Virus record (IMG/VR): IMGVR_UViG_3300032295_002044
Coordinates: 1-41,238 of that record
DNA: 41,238 bases
Reading direction: 5' to 3' (one strand)
DNA from: a virus
Lineage: Duplodnaviria > Caudoviricetes
Positions 10,101 through 18,207 of the stretch are shown piece by piece. Positions within the stretch are counted from its first letter, which is position 1. Each line of letters begins with the position of its first letter. The notes beneath the pieces were generated by a model that was not told the origin of the DNA, searched no databases, and saw only the letters and a program-made list of their open reading frames with translations. Both the position numbers and the translations under genes were made by a program.

Positions 10101-13100
10101 ATGATCACGGACCTTGATCCGACGATCCGCAGGAAGCTTGAGCAGGCTCGTTTCCCCGGCTCCGACAAGAGCTACTGGCAAGTGCTGACCAGCGGCCTGC
10201 CCCGTCCTCTTACTGCCAGGGAAGCACAGGCTTACGCCTTCGGCTCTCTCGTTGATGCTGCCAATCGCGGCGTGCCTATGACTGGGCTGAAGCCTGCCTT
10301 TGCTCGCTTCACAAACTTCCTCCGTCAGTTCTTCACCCGCATGGGTAACGCCCTGCGTGGCGATGGATTCCAGACGGCTGAGAGCCTGCTTGGCCGCGTT
10401 GGTCGTGGCGATGCACAGCGTTTCTCTGGTCGTGCTGTGCCGACCGCTCGTGATGTTGGGGGCAGCAGGACGGAGCTTTCTGCCCGCGAGACCGAGACCA
10501 TTAAGTCTAAGCCGGGCGTGAATGCTCGCCGCCTTGCTAAGATGCTTGGCCCGCAGCTTTACGGCGACATGAAAGATATGGGCGCCGTTAGCGTGAAGGA
10601 GGTTCTTCAGAACTCCTTTGACGCCATCAAGGCTTCTCTCGCCAAAGGAGATATTTCACAAGGTCGCATTGATGTCGATCTTGATGGGCACAAGATCGTC
10701 ATGACCGATAATGGTGTCGGCATGTCGCCGGAAATGCTGGGCGGCAAGTTCCTTCAGATCGCTGGCACCGGCAAGTCGGAAGACGAGCGCGCCTCTGGCG
10801 GCTTCGGCATCGCCAAGATGCTCTTCCTCTATGGCAACAACTCTCTGCGTGTGACCACCATGAAGGATGGTCGCGTGGCAGAACTCAACACGACAGGCCC
10901 GCAACTCTTTGACTCGCTAGAGGACAGCGAAAAGTCTCCGGACATTGAGGTTCGCGCTCCGAACGACGAGGACCGCTACAGGTTCCCGGAGGGTCACGGC
11001 ACGCGCATTGAGATGGTCATGCCCGAGGAGTTTGATAATCCTGCCACGGGCAAGACGGAGAAGGTTGATCCCGTTTACGGTCGTAGCGGCATTCCGGCGT
11101 TGCGGTTCAGCCCGCTCTTTGAAGATATCGAAGTTGTTGTTAATGGACTCATTGCCACCGACATCGGCAGTGCGTTTAAGTCTGAAGACTACACACAGTT
11201 CACCAATGTGAAGTTCCCGTGGGGCACTGCCCGCATCTACGTCTCGAAGGAGCCGAGCGGACAAAACTACGGCGACAACCTTCATGTCCTTTCCAACGGC
11301 CTTTGGCAGTTCTCTCAGAAGCTGACCAAAGAGCCGGGTCAGATTTACTCCGAGACGATTCCGTACACCTTCTATGTGGATGTGAGCCCCAGCGTTCGCC
11401 CCGAAGACCCTGGTTACCCCTTCACGTTCAATCGCCAAGGCTTCACGAAGGAAGCTGACAGCGAGTACGGGAAGGTAATCAAGTACATCAACGCGCTGTA
11501 CGCCGTCCAAAACCTTGCGGATTACGCCAAGAGCTTTGGTGTGATCCAGTACGTTGATCCCAACACTGGTCTTCCTGGGCCTGCTGAAGACTTGCGTCCG
11601 GATATGCCCACGATCAACACCGCATTCACCGGCATCAAGGCTGGTGACAATGTGACCGTTGAGAAGGGCCGACTTCTAGTGAACGGTCGGGAGCTACCAG
11701 AGCTTTCTCCTGACGAGTTGCGCCTTGGCATGCCAAAGGCAGAAGACCTGAAGGTTGATCCGTCGAAGATCAAGACGGATCAGGTCATGATCCATGACAA
11801 CGTCATGGTTGGCGACACCCCGTTCTCTGACCTGATGCGCGAACGCTTCGGCGCTCGCTATGACGAGTACAACGCTTACATCGGTGAGGCGTTCAAGCTT
11901 CTGCGGAACGAAGTGTCCCGCATCATGAACTATCCAAAGCTCATGGATGAAGCGATTGGCGTGTCCATCGATCAGGAGTATCGCGGCGTTTCGATCCGCG
12001 TTCCTTTCTCCGGTAGCTTTGTGAACCCTATGGTTCCGGAAGCCAATGACCCTTATCGGGCTGGCTTCGGCATGGCTCTCACTATGGTTCACGAACTTGC
12101 ACACCACAAAGTCAGGAGCCACAACGCTAAGTTCCCGGCTGAGATGCAGCGCATTCAGTACGAGCTTATGGCTGATCCTAACTTTGACTTTTCCTCCTTC
12201 CAGAAGGAGATGGCGGCAACGGTTCGCGATCAGTATGCTGACGTGCTTGCAGAGGCTCAAAGGATTTTCAAAGATGAAAATATCACCGCTCGTGGAAATC
12301 GTTTTGAGGACAGCCCTTACGAGCGACGATCCGAAAGCGGCTCTGATCGGTTCGTTGGAAGGGACCGCGATTCCCGCCGAGCGGGAGGAGCCGGGGAACG
12401 AGTACTCGGCGAGCCTGTTCCGAGCAATCGACTTGGCCGAGAAGGGGGTCGAATTGGAGAGGCTGCCCGAGATTCTGCGGCAGGAAGGGCTGTAGATCGG
12501 GAGTATTCTGCCCGTCAGATCGATAGCCCAGAGTTCCGTAACTGGTTTGGCGACAGCAAGGCTGTAAACAAATCTGGAAAGCCGCTTGTCCTTTACCACG
12601 GAACTGCCGAAGACTTTGATGAGTTCCGCCCAAGCAAGTACGGCACGTTTGGTTCCGGCATTTACCTGACGACGGACCCAGACCGTGCGTCTCGATTTGC
12701 CACTGGCGTAAGGAGCGACGCCAAGGCGGTCGCGCGTGAGCAAGGACAGGTCATTCCTGTCTATGCAAAGATCGAGCTTCCGTTTGACGATCAGTTTCTG
12801 AAGAGCAACCCGGAATGGCGCTCGTACTTCCTGAGTGAAATCGAGGCGACCAACAAGAGGTGGCCCGCGTCTGACCTTCAGAATGTTCGTCGTCAGCTTG
12901 ATGGCCTTGTTAGGAAGCTGAACAACAACACCGCCTCAGTTTCCGACCTGTTCCTTTATGATGCTGGCGAGGGCAGGAAAGGTGTGTGGAGTTTCGGGTC
13001 TAAGTTTGAGGAGGTCATAAAGTCCTCTGGTTTTGACGGCGTCATCTCCAAAAATGATGACGGCGATACCGAGTACGTCGTCTTCAAGCCCAATCAGGTG

Positions 13101-15935
13101 AAGTCGGCCATCTCGAATAGAGGTGCCTTTAGCCCTGACGATGCCCGCATTCAGTACTCTGCCCGTGACATTGGCCCCGAGACCCTTGGTAACCGAATCC
13201 GCAACGCCAGCCCTGGCGATGTCAGGGGCAAGGAGTTTGAGGTCGAGTACACTCGCGTTGCCGACCTGATCAATCGTGGCCTTCGTAAGGTTCCTCTCGC
13301 TGGCAGGGCCGTCAAGGAGACGACCGGCGAGGACCTGATCATCATGTTGCAGGACCGCATGCTGCCCCTGGGTCGCATGGTGGATACCGTTCGCAAGAAC
13401 GGCGGCACTGTCGTGGATGCGTCTGACATCTACATGACGGAGGAACTGTATCACGGTCGCGTTGGCGCTGCCGTCGATGACAGGGCAGAGCGTCTGTACA
13501 AGCCTGTGTTCGACGCGATGCGTAACCTGGGCGTCAGTGAAAAGGACCTAGACGATTACCTCATGGCCCGTCACGCCCCTGAGCGTAACGCCGCCATGCG
13601 TCGGATCAACGAGGACCCGAGCAAGGGTGCTGGCATTACGGACCAGCAGGCTGCTGACATTATGCAGCGCCTTGCCCCCCAGAAGACCAAGCTCGACAAG
13701 GTGGCAAAGCTGGTTGATGCGATTGTCGCTGACACCAACACGACGCGCTCCGGTAACGGGCTGACGCCCGACTACTCGAAGCTCAACAGCAAGACGCAGT
13801 ACAAGCACTACGTCCCGCTCAAGGGCTTTGCCGAAGAGGACATCTTTGACGACAAGGGTGTCGAGGCTCTGCGTGCAAGGACTGGCCAGGGCTTCAAGAT
13901 CAGGGGCAAGGAAGACCGATCCGCTATGGGTCGGCAGAGCCGTGCCGGAAACATCCTGGCTAACGTGATCCTCCAGAACGAGGAGTCTGTTATCCGGGCC
14001 GAGAAGAATAAGGTTGGGCAGGCTCTCCTCAAGCTCATCCGGGACAACCCGCAGCAGACTGCACGCTTTGCCAAGATTCTTGAGAAGGCTCCGGTTGAGC
14101 CGCGTATCGTGAACGGCAAGGTCAAGCTTATGCCGCAGGGCCTCTACCGCAACCGTGATGATGTCATGGTTGTGAAGGAGGGCGGCAACGAGGTCGCTGT
14201 TCAGATTTACGACGAGCGTCTTGCCAAGGCTCTGACCGGCGCCACTGGTCTTGGCGCTGAGAACAGCAGCATCATTCTCAATGCCCTGGGCAAGCTTAAC
14301 TACTATCTCGCCAGGGTGAACACGACGCTGAACCCTGAGTTCGTGATCTCGAACTTTGCTCGCGACCTTCAGACGGCGAACATCAACATCAAGCAGTTTG
14401 ATGTGAAGGGCCTGGGTCGGAAGATCATCTCCGATCTTCCTTCGGCTCTTGCTGGCGCTCGTGCTGGTATTCGCGATGGCAGAACGGACACGAAGTGGGC
14501 CAAGGCTTACGACGATTTCCGCAAGGCTGGCGGCACGACCGAGTACCTTGGCCTGCGTGACTTCGAGAGCAAGATCAAGCAGATCAACGACGAGGTCACT
14601 GGCAACAAGGGTCCGCTTGTCCTGCGTCCCTTCAAGACGCTTGGCAAGCTGATCGATGACTACAACTCGGTTGCTGAGAATGGCATTCGTCTCGCGACAT
14701 TCCAGACGCTGCGTGACATGGGCGTGTCTGATGCCAAGGCTGCCCAGGTCGCAAAGAACCTGACCGTCAACTTCAACAAGGGCGGTCAGAATCGCGTACT
14801 GATGAACTCGCTGTACCTGTTCTACAACGCCTCGATCCAGGGCAGCATGGCTATGGTCAATGCCATCGCCCGGTCTAAGCGCGTGAGGAAGTACGTCGCG
14901 GGTATTATCACCGCTGGCTTCATGCACGATGTCATCAACGCGATGATCTCGGGCATGGATGAGGACGAGAAGAAGGTCTACGACAAGATTCCGCCTCATG
15001 TCCTTGAGCGGAACTACGTTCTCATGGACCCGTTCGGTCTGACGGAACGCGGCTACTATGCCTTCCCGATGCCGTATGGGTTCAACGCCTTCTTCAACAT
15101 GGGTCGCAACCTGTCGCGCGCGTCTCGTGGTGTGGGCGAGCCGATGGAGACTGCGACCTCCATCACGATGGGCTTTGTTGAGGCGTTCAACCCGATGGGT
15201 GGGACGCAGACCTTCTTCAACTTCGTGGCCCCGACAATCCTCGATCCGTTCGTTGACCTCTACAGCAACCGCAACTTTGCCGGTCGTCCGATCTCTCCGG
15301 AACAGAGTGGCTTTGGCCCTCCTGCCCCGGATAGTCAGCGGTACTGGAGCAATACGTTCCCGCCGTATGTGACGGTGGCTCGGTGGCTGAACCAGATCAC
15401 TGGTGGGACGAGCGTTATCCCCGGCAAGGTGGACATCTCGCCCAACACCATTGGCTATCTGATGAACTATGCGACTGGTGCGGCGGGTGCTTTTGCTGAA
15501 CGGGTGGCCAAGTTTGGCTTCTCCACCGTTCCGGATGCGCTGACGGGCGACCTTGAAGAGGTTGAGGTCAGGGACATTCCCTTTGTCCGCAAGCTCTACG
15601 GGAACGTCACTCGCAGGAACGACCTTGAGTCGTTCATGGAGAACACCAACAAGATCGCTCAGGTTCAGCGTGAGCTTGATGAGGCTGAAAAGTACGGGCA
15701 GGCTGAACGCATGGAGCGCGTGATGCGTGAATACCCGAGAGAGTTGGCAGCAGCCCCGCTCATTCAGGACATGGTGAGGGAGCGCCGGAAGATCACTCGT
15801 GAGATGAATGAAATCCGACGCGACCCCAACATCGATGATGAGACGAAGCGCGTTCTGCTTCGTGCCCTGGGTCAGGAGGCCGACTTCTACGTCGGCCAAG
15901 CCAACCGAATCTACAACACTCAGGTCAGGAACTAG
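7197..15935 (+). CDS. Large polyvalent (ejected) protein: zincin peptidase, GHKL ATPase, second HExxH, ADP-ribosyltransferase-like domain, LPD38-like C-terminus
   Basis: 2912 aa. HEAFH (~10010); KEVLQNSFDA, DNGVGM, GTGK...SGGFGIAK GHKL boxes (~10590-10830); HELAH (~12090); F.NWFGDSK...P.VLYHGT...GIYLT...GFDGV...YVVF.P.QVKS ART-like segment (~12530-13150); P.PYGF / N.NFAGRPI C-terminal region. Confidence 0.8.
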   Translation: MQRVNIPGIGPVDFPDTMSAEQINQAIQNEILPFYSRPRQPVAPVQETTAPAEQPQRGSNLGFAGDLVGSGISGLGGIGTAAGGLYGLATGDYDTGIMRLGRRAQRYGESLMSPELLASREKLERDIQEAGERGPLAEAGAAFRGIATDPRLLTSFVAEQVPQFIGSLGVGRAAGAVGQYAARRGGAEAAEAAGRRAAVGAAIGTGTGLQTGEVADSTYQDVMNLAPEVIERSPNYQLLRQNLTEEEARQSLAVRAAREAAAIAAPISAGTAALFGAERFALGDQIKRRAISRVVLGATGEASQEGIEEGGGRFARNVGASRADIERDLMQGVGGAAAQGAILGAVIGGGTGLVSGRAPDQTLRGEDDDLRRSLDPFLSSIRRTPGVPGQPDVADNVRLVTENLPVTAEQFLNATPRAQEILINRAQRQAEGRLNAENLPVRGPEVERGRIPPSEVQRFPQSASTPSDELVSGQAGARAQGFQFEEGRAEPMEGGITQAEFFRQRAEEMARAQAGTAGVAGRAQVEGAPQLPDNILRRSDKGLLNLLKTASPQDAQLIARELERRRAEKAGAPAAGQPTAAEATAAAAGQTYRPSLGTQTQQTAQAARATRPTSQPISAFFPLVENFIEGHVRNYGSSQPLSVPAFQQYLSERTGDVVSLKRASEIFDTYYNASSKRAVPAGSGWILQRKSVKETAPKGQPSGRGRGRMPPTVTYGEGAQSQRVYRAVAPKGVNTDADGRPLPPAAPPAAPLRAGPSGFTDPRMRELSGRETEGQPAAATEQASVEQDEAAVKRAKEIVNDRLDKLEKRGGKKLREAVARVIRDGKFDAEQVYAAFMAADQIAKILPAGANHEIEFVDRLLIGETKAAKASGSVKGKQAQGERLRPTGDLNSARFQQLVREGATIEQAYATVQREAVEGLIRLSLAPNQLPFLRETAAHEAFHVLQDYYKKYDPQFAALMDKSFRDDMMITDLDPTIRRKLEQARFPGSDKSYWQVLTSGLPRPLTAREAQAYAFGSLVDAANRGVPMTGLKPAFARFTNFLRQFFTRMGNALRGDGFQTAESLLGRVGRGDAQRFSGRAVPTARDVGGSRTELSARETETIKSKPGVNARRLAKMLGPQLYGDMKDMGAVSVKEVLQNSFDAIKASLAKGDISQGRIDVDLDGHKIVMTDNGVGMSPEMLGGKFLQIAGTGKSEDERASGGFGIAKMLFLYGNNSLRVTTMKDGRVAELNTTGPQLFDSLEDSEKSPDIEVRAPNDEDRYRFPEGHGTRIEMVMPEEFDNPATGKTEKVDPVYGRSGIPALRFSPLFEDIEVVVNGLIATDIGSAFKSEDYTQFTNVKFPWGTARIYVSKEPSGQNYGDNLHVLSNGLWQFSQKLTKEPGQIYSETIPYTFYVDVSPSVRPEDPGYPFTFNRQGFTKEADSEYGKVIKYINALYAVQNLADYAKSFGVIQYVDPNTGLPGPAEDLRPDMPTINTAFTGIKAGDNVTVEKGRLLVNGRELPELSPDELRLGMPKAEDLKVDPSKIKTDQVMIHDNVMVGDTPFSDLMRERFGARYDEYNAYIGEAFKLLRNEVSRIMNYPKLMDEAIGVSIDQEYRGVSIRVPFSGSFVNPMVPEANDPYRAGFGMALTMVHELAHHKVRSHNAKFPAEMQRIQYELMADPNFDFSSFQKEMAATVRDQYADVLAEAQRIFKDENITARGNRFEDSPYERRSESGSDRFVGRDRDSRRAGGAGERVLGEPVPSNRLGREGGRIGEAARDSAAGRAVDREYSARQIDSPEFRNWFGDSKAVNKSGKPLVLYHGTAEDFDEFRPSKYGTFGSGIYLTTDPDRASRFATGVRSDAKAVAREQGQVIPVYAKIELPFDDQFLKSNPEWRSYFLSEIEATNKRWPASDLQNVRRQLDGLVRKLNNNTASVSDLFLYDAGEGRKGVWSFGSKFEEVIKSSGFDGVISKNDDGDTEYVVFKPNQVKSAISNRGAFSPDDARIQYSARDIGPETLGNRIRNASPGDVRGKEFEVEYTRVADLINRGLRKVPLAGRAVKETTGEDLIIMLQDRMLPLGRMVDTVRKNGGTVVDASDIYMTEELYHGRVGAAVDDRAERLYKPVFDAMRNLGVSEKDLDDYLMARHAPERNAAMRRINEDPSKGAGITDQQAADIMQRLAPQKTKLDKVAKLVDAIVADTNTTRSGNGLTPDYSKLNSKTQYKHYVPLKGFAEEDIFDDKGVEALRARTGQGFKIRGKEDRSAMGRQSRAGNILANVILQNEESVIRAEKNKVGQALLKLIRDNPQQTARFAKILEKAPVEPRIVNGKVKLMPQGLYRNRDDVMVVKEGGNEVAVQIYDERLAKALTGATGLGAENSSIILNALGKLNYYLARVNTTLNPEFVISNFARDLQTANINIKQFDVKGLGRKIISDLPSALAGARAGIRDGRTDTKWAKAYDDFRKAGGTTEYLGLRDFESKIKQINDEVTGNKGPLVLRPFKTLGKLIDDYNSVAENGIRLATFQTLRDMGVSDAKAAQVAKNLTVNFNKGGQNRVLMNSLYLFYNASIQGSMAMVNAIARSKRVRKYVAGIITAGFMHDVINAMISGMDEDEKKVYDKIPPHVLERNYVLMDPFGLTERGYYAFPMPYGFNAFFNMGRNLSRASRGVGEPMETATSITMGFVEAFNPMGGTQTFFNFVAPTILDPFVDLYSNRNFAGRPISPEQSGFGPPAPDSQRYWSNTFPPYVTVARWLNQITGGTSVIPGKVDISPNTIGYLMNYATGAAGAFAERVAKFGFSTVPDALTGDLEEVEVRDIPFVRKLYGNVTRRNDLESFMENTNKIAQVQRELDEAEKYGQAERMERVMREYPRELAAAPLIQDMVRERRKITREMNEIRRDPNIDDETKRVLLRALGQEADFYVGQANRIYNTQVRN

Positions 15936-16224
15936 CGTCCTTGTTGGCGATCTCCTCCAGAATGGAGGCATAGCCAGCGATATCAACGTGGCTGTCTTGG
16001 TGGCCCGGCGAGTGCATCAGCCGGGCTACCTTCACCAGCAGCATCATCATCGCCACGTCGTAGGCGTGAAGCTCGATGGTGCACTCTCCTCCAGTGCTTT
16101 CCGTCAGCCAAGCATTCCAGAGGTAGGCAATCCGCTCATGGTTCAGCGTCTTGTCGCCGTAGTCTTGGGCGCGCTGACCACCAACGAGTTCGGCTGCGTG
16201 AAGCAGCATATCAGAAGCTTTCAT
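15925..16224 (-). CDS. DUF6378-like nucleotide-metabolism-associated protein
   Basis: From MKASDML: LVGG.RA.DYGD...N.ERIA.LW...DVA.MM.L.K.AR...H.DS.VDIAGYA. Confidence 0.75.
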   Translation of the reverse strand: MKASDMLLHAAELVGGQRAQDYGDKTLNHERIAYLWNAWLTESTGGECTIELHAYDVAMMMLLVKVARLMHSPGHQDSHVDIAGYASILEEIANKDASS

Positions 16225-16642
16225 TCTCAAACCTCTCCTTGAGTTCCTTGAAGCGTTCACGGGCCTGTCTGTTATCTTTGAGTTCTGCCCTACTCTCCAC
16301 TTCACAGAATGCCTTGAGCCCTTCGGTGCATTCCTGCTCTGAGGTGCCGAAGGCATAGCCGTTGTCCATCATCCACTTCTGGAACTTGATGTTGCGGCAG
16401 AGCATGCCTGCGGACTGAACGGCACGCTCGCCTTCCTCCATGTCCTTGCCCTTGACGGGCCGGTCATGGTCATCGACGGGCAGCATCCCGACCATGTATC
16501 GCGTGCCGGGTCGGGCGGCGAGAAGATCGACCGGCACTTCATCCGGGTGGATGGTCAGGGTCATGTACGTCCCCTTCCCATCCTGCCGCATGGATGTCTT
16601 GATCGCCTCGAACTTCAGCCAGGGCTGTTTGGGCTGCGTCAT
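16211..16642 (-). CDS. Conserved phage hypothetical protein
   Basis: 143 aa; FEAIK..M.QD..G..L.IHPD and AG.LCR...FQ.W...C...SR.EL motifs; overlaps both neighbours. Confidence 0.65.
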   Translation of the reverse strand: MTQPKQPWLKFEAIKTSMRQDGKGTYMTLTIHPDEVPVDLLAARPGTRYMVGMLPVDDHDRPVKGKDMEEGERAVQSAGMLCRNIKFQKWMMDNGYAFGTSEQECTEGLKAFCEVESRAELKDNRQARERFKELKERFENESF

Positions 16643-17133
16643 TCTGCCCTCAAAGCATCGAGGAGAGCGCGTGCCGTGACGGCCACAGGCTGCGGCTTGG
16701 TCGGCGCATCATCGGCAGGCTTCACGTTCTTGTCGCGCGAGATATGCTCAATCAGACCGAGTGCTGACATCTCGGCAGCGACCTTGCGCTGCACCTCGGG
16801 CGGAAGGTCATTGCTGCGGCGCGTGCCTTCGAGGATGGAGCGTGCGCTGCGACGTGCAGAGCGGCGGATGTGGGCGCGAGCCGAAGTGCCCACCACGTCT
16901 GCGACGGCAGACGCCTCGATACGCTTGTAGCCAACGCTACGTTCGGATGCGAACACGGCGCCGTTCTCGCGTTCGGCCACGCGCCGGGCGCTGATGATAG
17001 CGTGACGACGGGTAAAGATGCTGCGGCCAATAGCTTCAGACATTTGGTCAAAGGTGACGATCTCTCCCGGCTGGCACTTTGCCAGGAGTTCTGCGATGGC
17101 CCGGACTTCCGGAGAGATTTCGTGGATCAGCAT
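16639..17133 (-). CDS. Basic, winged-HTH-like protein; candidate accessory of the RAMP/periodic-array locus
   Basis: Start placed at MLIHEISP (SD GGAGA ~6 nt upstream); PGEIVTFDQMSEAIG...SVGYKR pattern. The longer ORF-track start runs through the non-coding periodic tract. Confidence 0.55.
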   Translation of the reverse strand: MLIHEISPEVRAIAELLAKCQPGEIVTFDQMSEAIGRSIFTRRHAIISARRVAERENGAVFASERSVGYKRIEASAVADVVGTSARAHIRRSARRSARSILEGTRRSNDLPPEVQRKVAAEMSALGLIEHISRDKNVKPADDAPTKPQPVAVTARALLDALRAE

Positions 17134-17149
17134 GTTGTTCTCCATGAAG

Positions 17150-17249
17150 ACGTTGCGTTGAGACGCGTGGCGTGGCGCCAAGAAAAGCGGCGTTGAGTAG
17201 AGGTGCGATGAGGAGCAATGCAAAGCGAGGTGGCGCAAAGCGTCGCTAT
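17150..17249 (-). ncRNA. Periodic pentamer tract 1 (constant CKC / variable NN), candidate guide RNA
   Basis: + strand in register: acgtt gcgtt gagac gcgtg gcgtg gcgcc aagaa aagcg gcgtt gagta gaggt gcgat gagga gcaat gcaaa gcgag gtggc gcaaa gcgtc gctat (20 pentamers); begins at the RAMP gene stop. Confidence 0.7.
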
Positions 17250-17845
17250 TACGACACCAGCTTGCGGTTATCTGCCCAAGCCAGGGACGCAATCCTGAAG
17301 CGGCCATTGGTGCCACCCTTCTCGGGACGGAACCGGCCAATGCCGATGAACATTCCGGCAATCTCTACCATCTCCCGGAATACGTCTTCGGTGATGATAG
17401 AGTCCAGAATGTGAATATCAAAGGTGGTCTTCCAACCAATCGGCACGATGGGGAACCGACGCGGCACACGCTTGCCGCTGCCGCGAACGCCGTCCGCATT
17501 GGCGCTGATCGTCACCATGCTCACGCTATCGGGTGAGATGCCGAGAGACGGGTCTTCCAGCAGGGCGATGCCAGCCTCAAACTTCTTCGTCCACGTTGCT
17601 TTGCCCTGGCCGGGAATCTGACGCTTGGAGTACTTGGCTGCGGCAGCGATGGCCTGATGCATCCCGTGGGCAGGGATCACGACAGTCGGCTGTCCGTTGA
17701 TAAGAGACACGTTCAGCTTGGAGCGCCACGTCCGCAGATCGTAGGCGTCACGAGCTTCCTTATCGAGCATGGGCTCTTCGTGCTGACGGGACTGGGAGTA
17801 GGGCGAGATGCCCTCGATGGTCAGGGTGGCGACAGAAACTTGCAT
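17249..17845 (-). CDS. Stand-alone RAMP-superfamily (Cas7/Cas6-like RRM) protein
   Basis: 198 aa; N-terminal strand TLTIEGISPY, central VVIPAHGMHQAIAAAA helix, C-terminal G-rich loop AGMFIGIGRFRPEKGGTNGRF; SD AGGAG upstream; no cas genes nearby. Confidence 0.7.
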   Translation of the reverse strand: MQVSVATLTIEGISPYSQSRQHEEPMLDKEARDAYDLRTWRSKLNVSLINGQPTVVIPAHGMHQAIAAAAKYSKRQIPGQGKATWTKKFEAGIALLEDPSLGISPDSVSMVTISANADGVRGSGKRVPRRFPIVPIGWKTTFDIHILDSIITEDVFREMVEIAGMFIGIGRFRPEKGGTNGRFRIASLAWADNRKLVS

Positions 17846-17876
17846 GTTGGTCTCCTGTTTTGCTGTGAGTGGTAAG

Positions 17877-17991
17877 GCGTTGCGATGAGAGGCGCCGAGA
17901 AGAGCGGCGAAACGGTGAGCAGAGTTGCGGCGCCTAGCGTTAAGACGCGAGACGAAGAGTTGAGCAGCGACGAGTCGCGTTGCGTCGAAGC
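17877..17991 (-). ncRNA. Periodic pentamer tract 2, candidate guide RNA
   Basis: 23 in-register pentamers (gcgtt gcgat gagag gcgcc gagaa gagcg gcgaa acggt gagca ... gcgtc gaagc); 18 of 23 start with GCG/GAG on the + strand. Confidence 0.75.
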
Positions 17992-18037
17992 TGGCTGTTG
18001 GAGCTAAACATTTTCCATCTCCTTCTTGAGTGACAGA

Positions 18038-18152
18038 ACGTTGCGTTGAACCGAGTGGCGTTGCGTCGCGGTGAGCGGCGTCGCGAGAAGACGCACTAAG
18101 AAGAGGGGCGTCGAGAAGCGTCGCGTGGCGCTGCGTCGAGCGGCATAGAAAT
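18038..18152 (-). ncRNA. Periodic pentamer tract 3, candidate guide RNA
   Basis: 23 in-register pentamers (acgtt gcgtt gaacc gagtg gcgtt gcgtc gcggt gagcg ... gcata gaaat); 16 of 23 GCG/GAG and all fit RMR. Confidence 0.75.
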
Positions 18153-18207
18153 GCCTGGGGGTTTTTCGTTGATCCTGTTCACTTCTTCTCCTTGGTCAGT
18201 GGGCAGA

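Noticed and set aside
13548-15986. Long antisense ORFs (812 aa here; also 8460-10181, 1029-2231, 40352-41218)
   Set aside because: These are shadow frames of high-GC genes on the opposite strand, with no motifs.
17134-17361. N-terminal extension of the 240-aa ORF 16639..17361, and ORF 18179..18373
   Set aside because: Both translate the periodic tracts into Arg/Ala/Ser-rich low-information peptide; a good SD supports the start at 17133.
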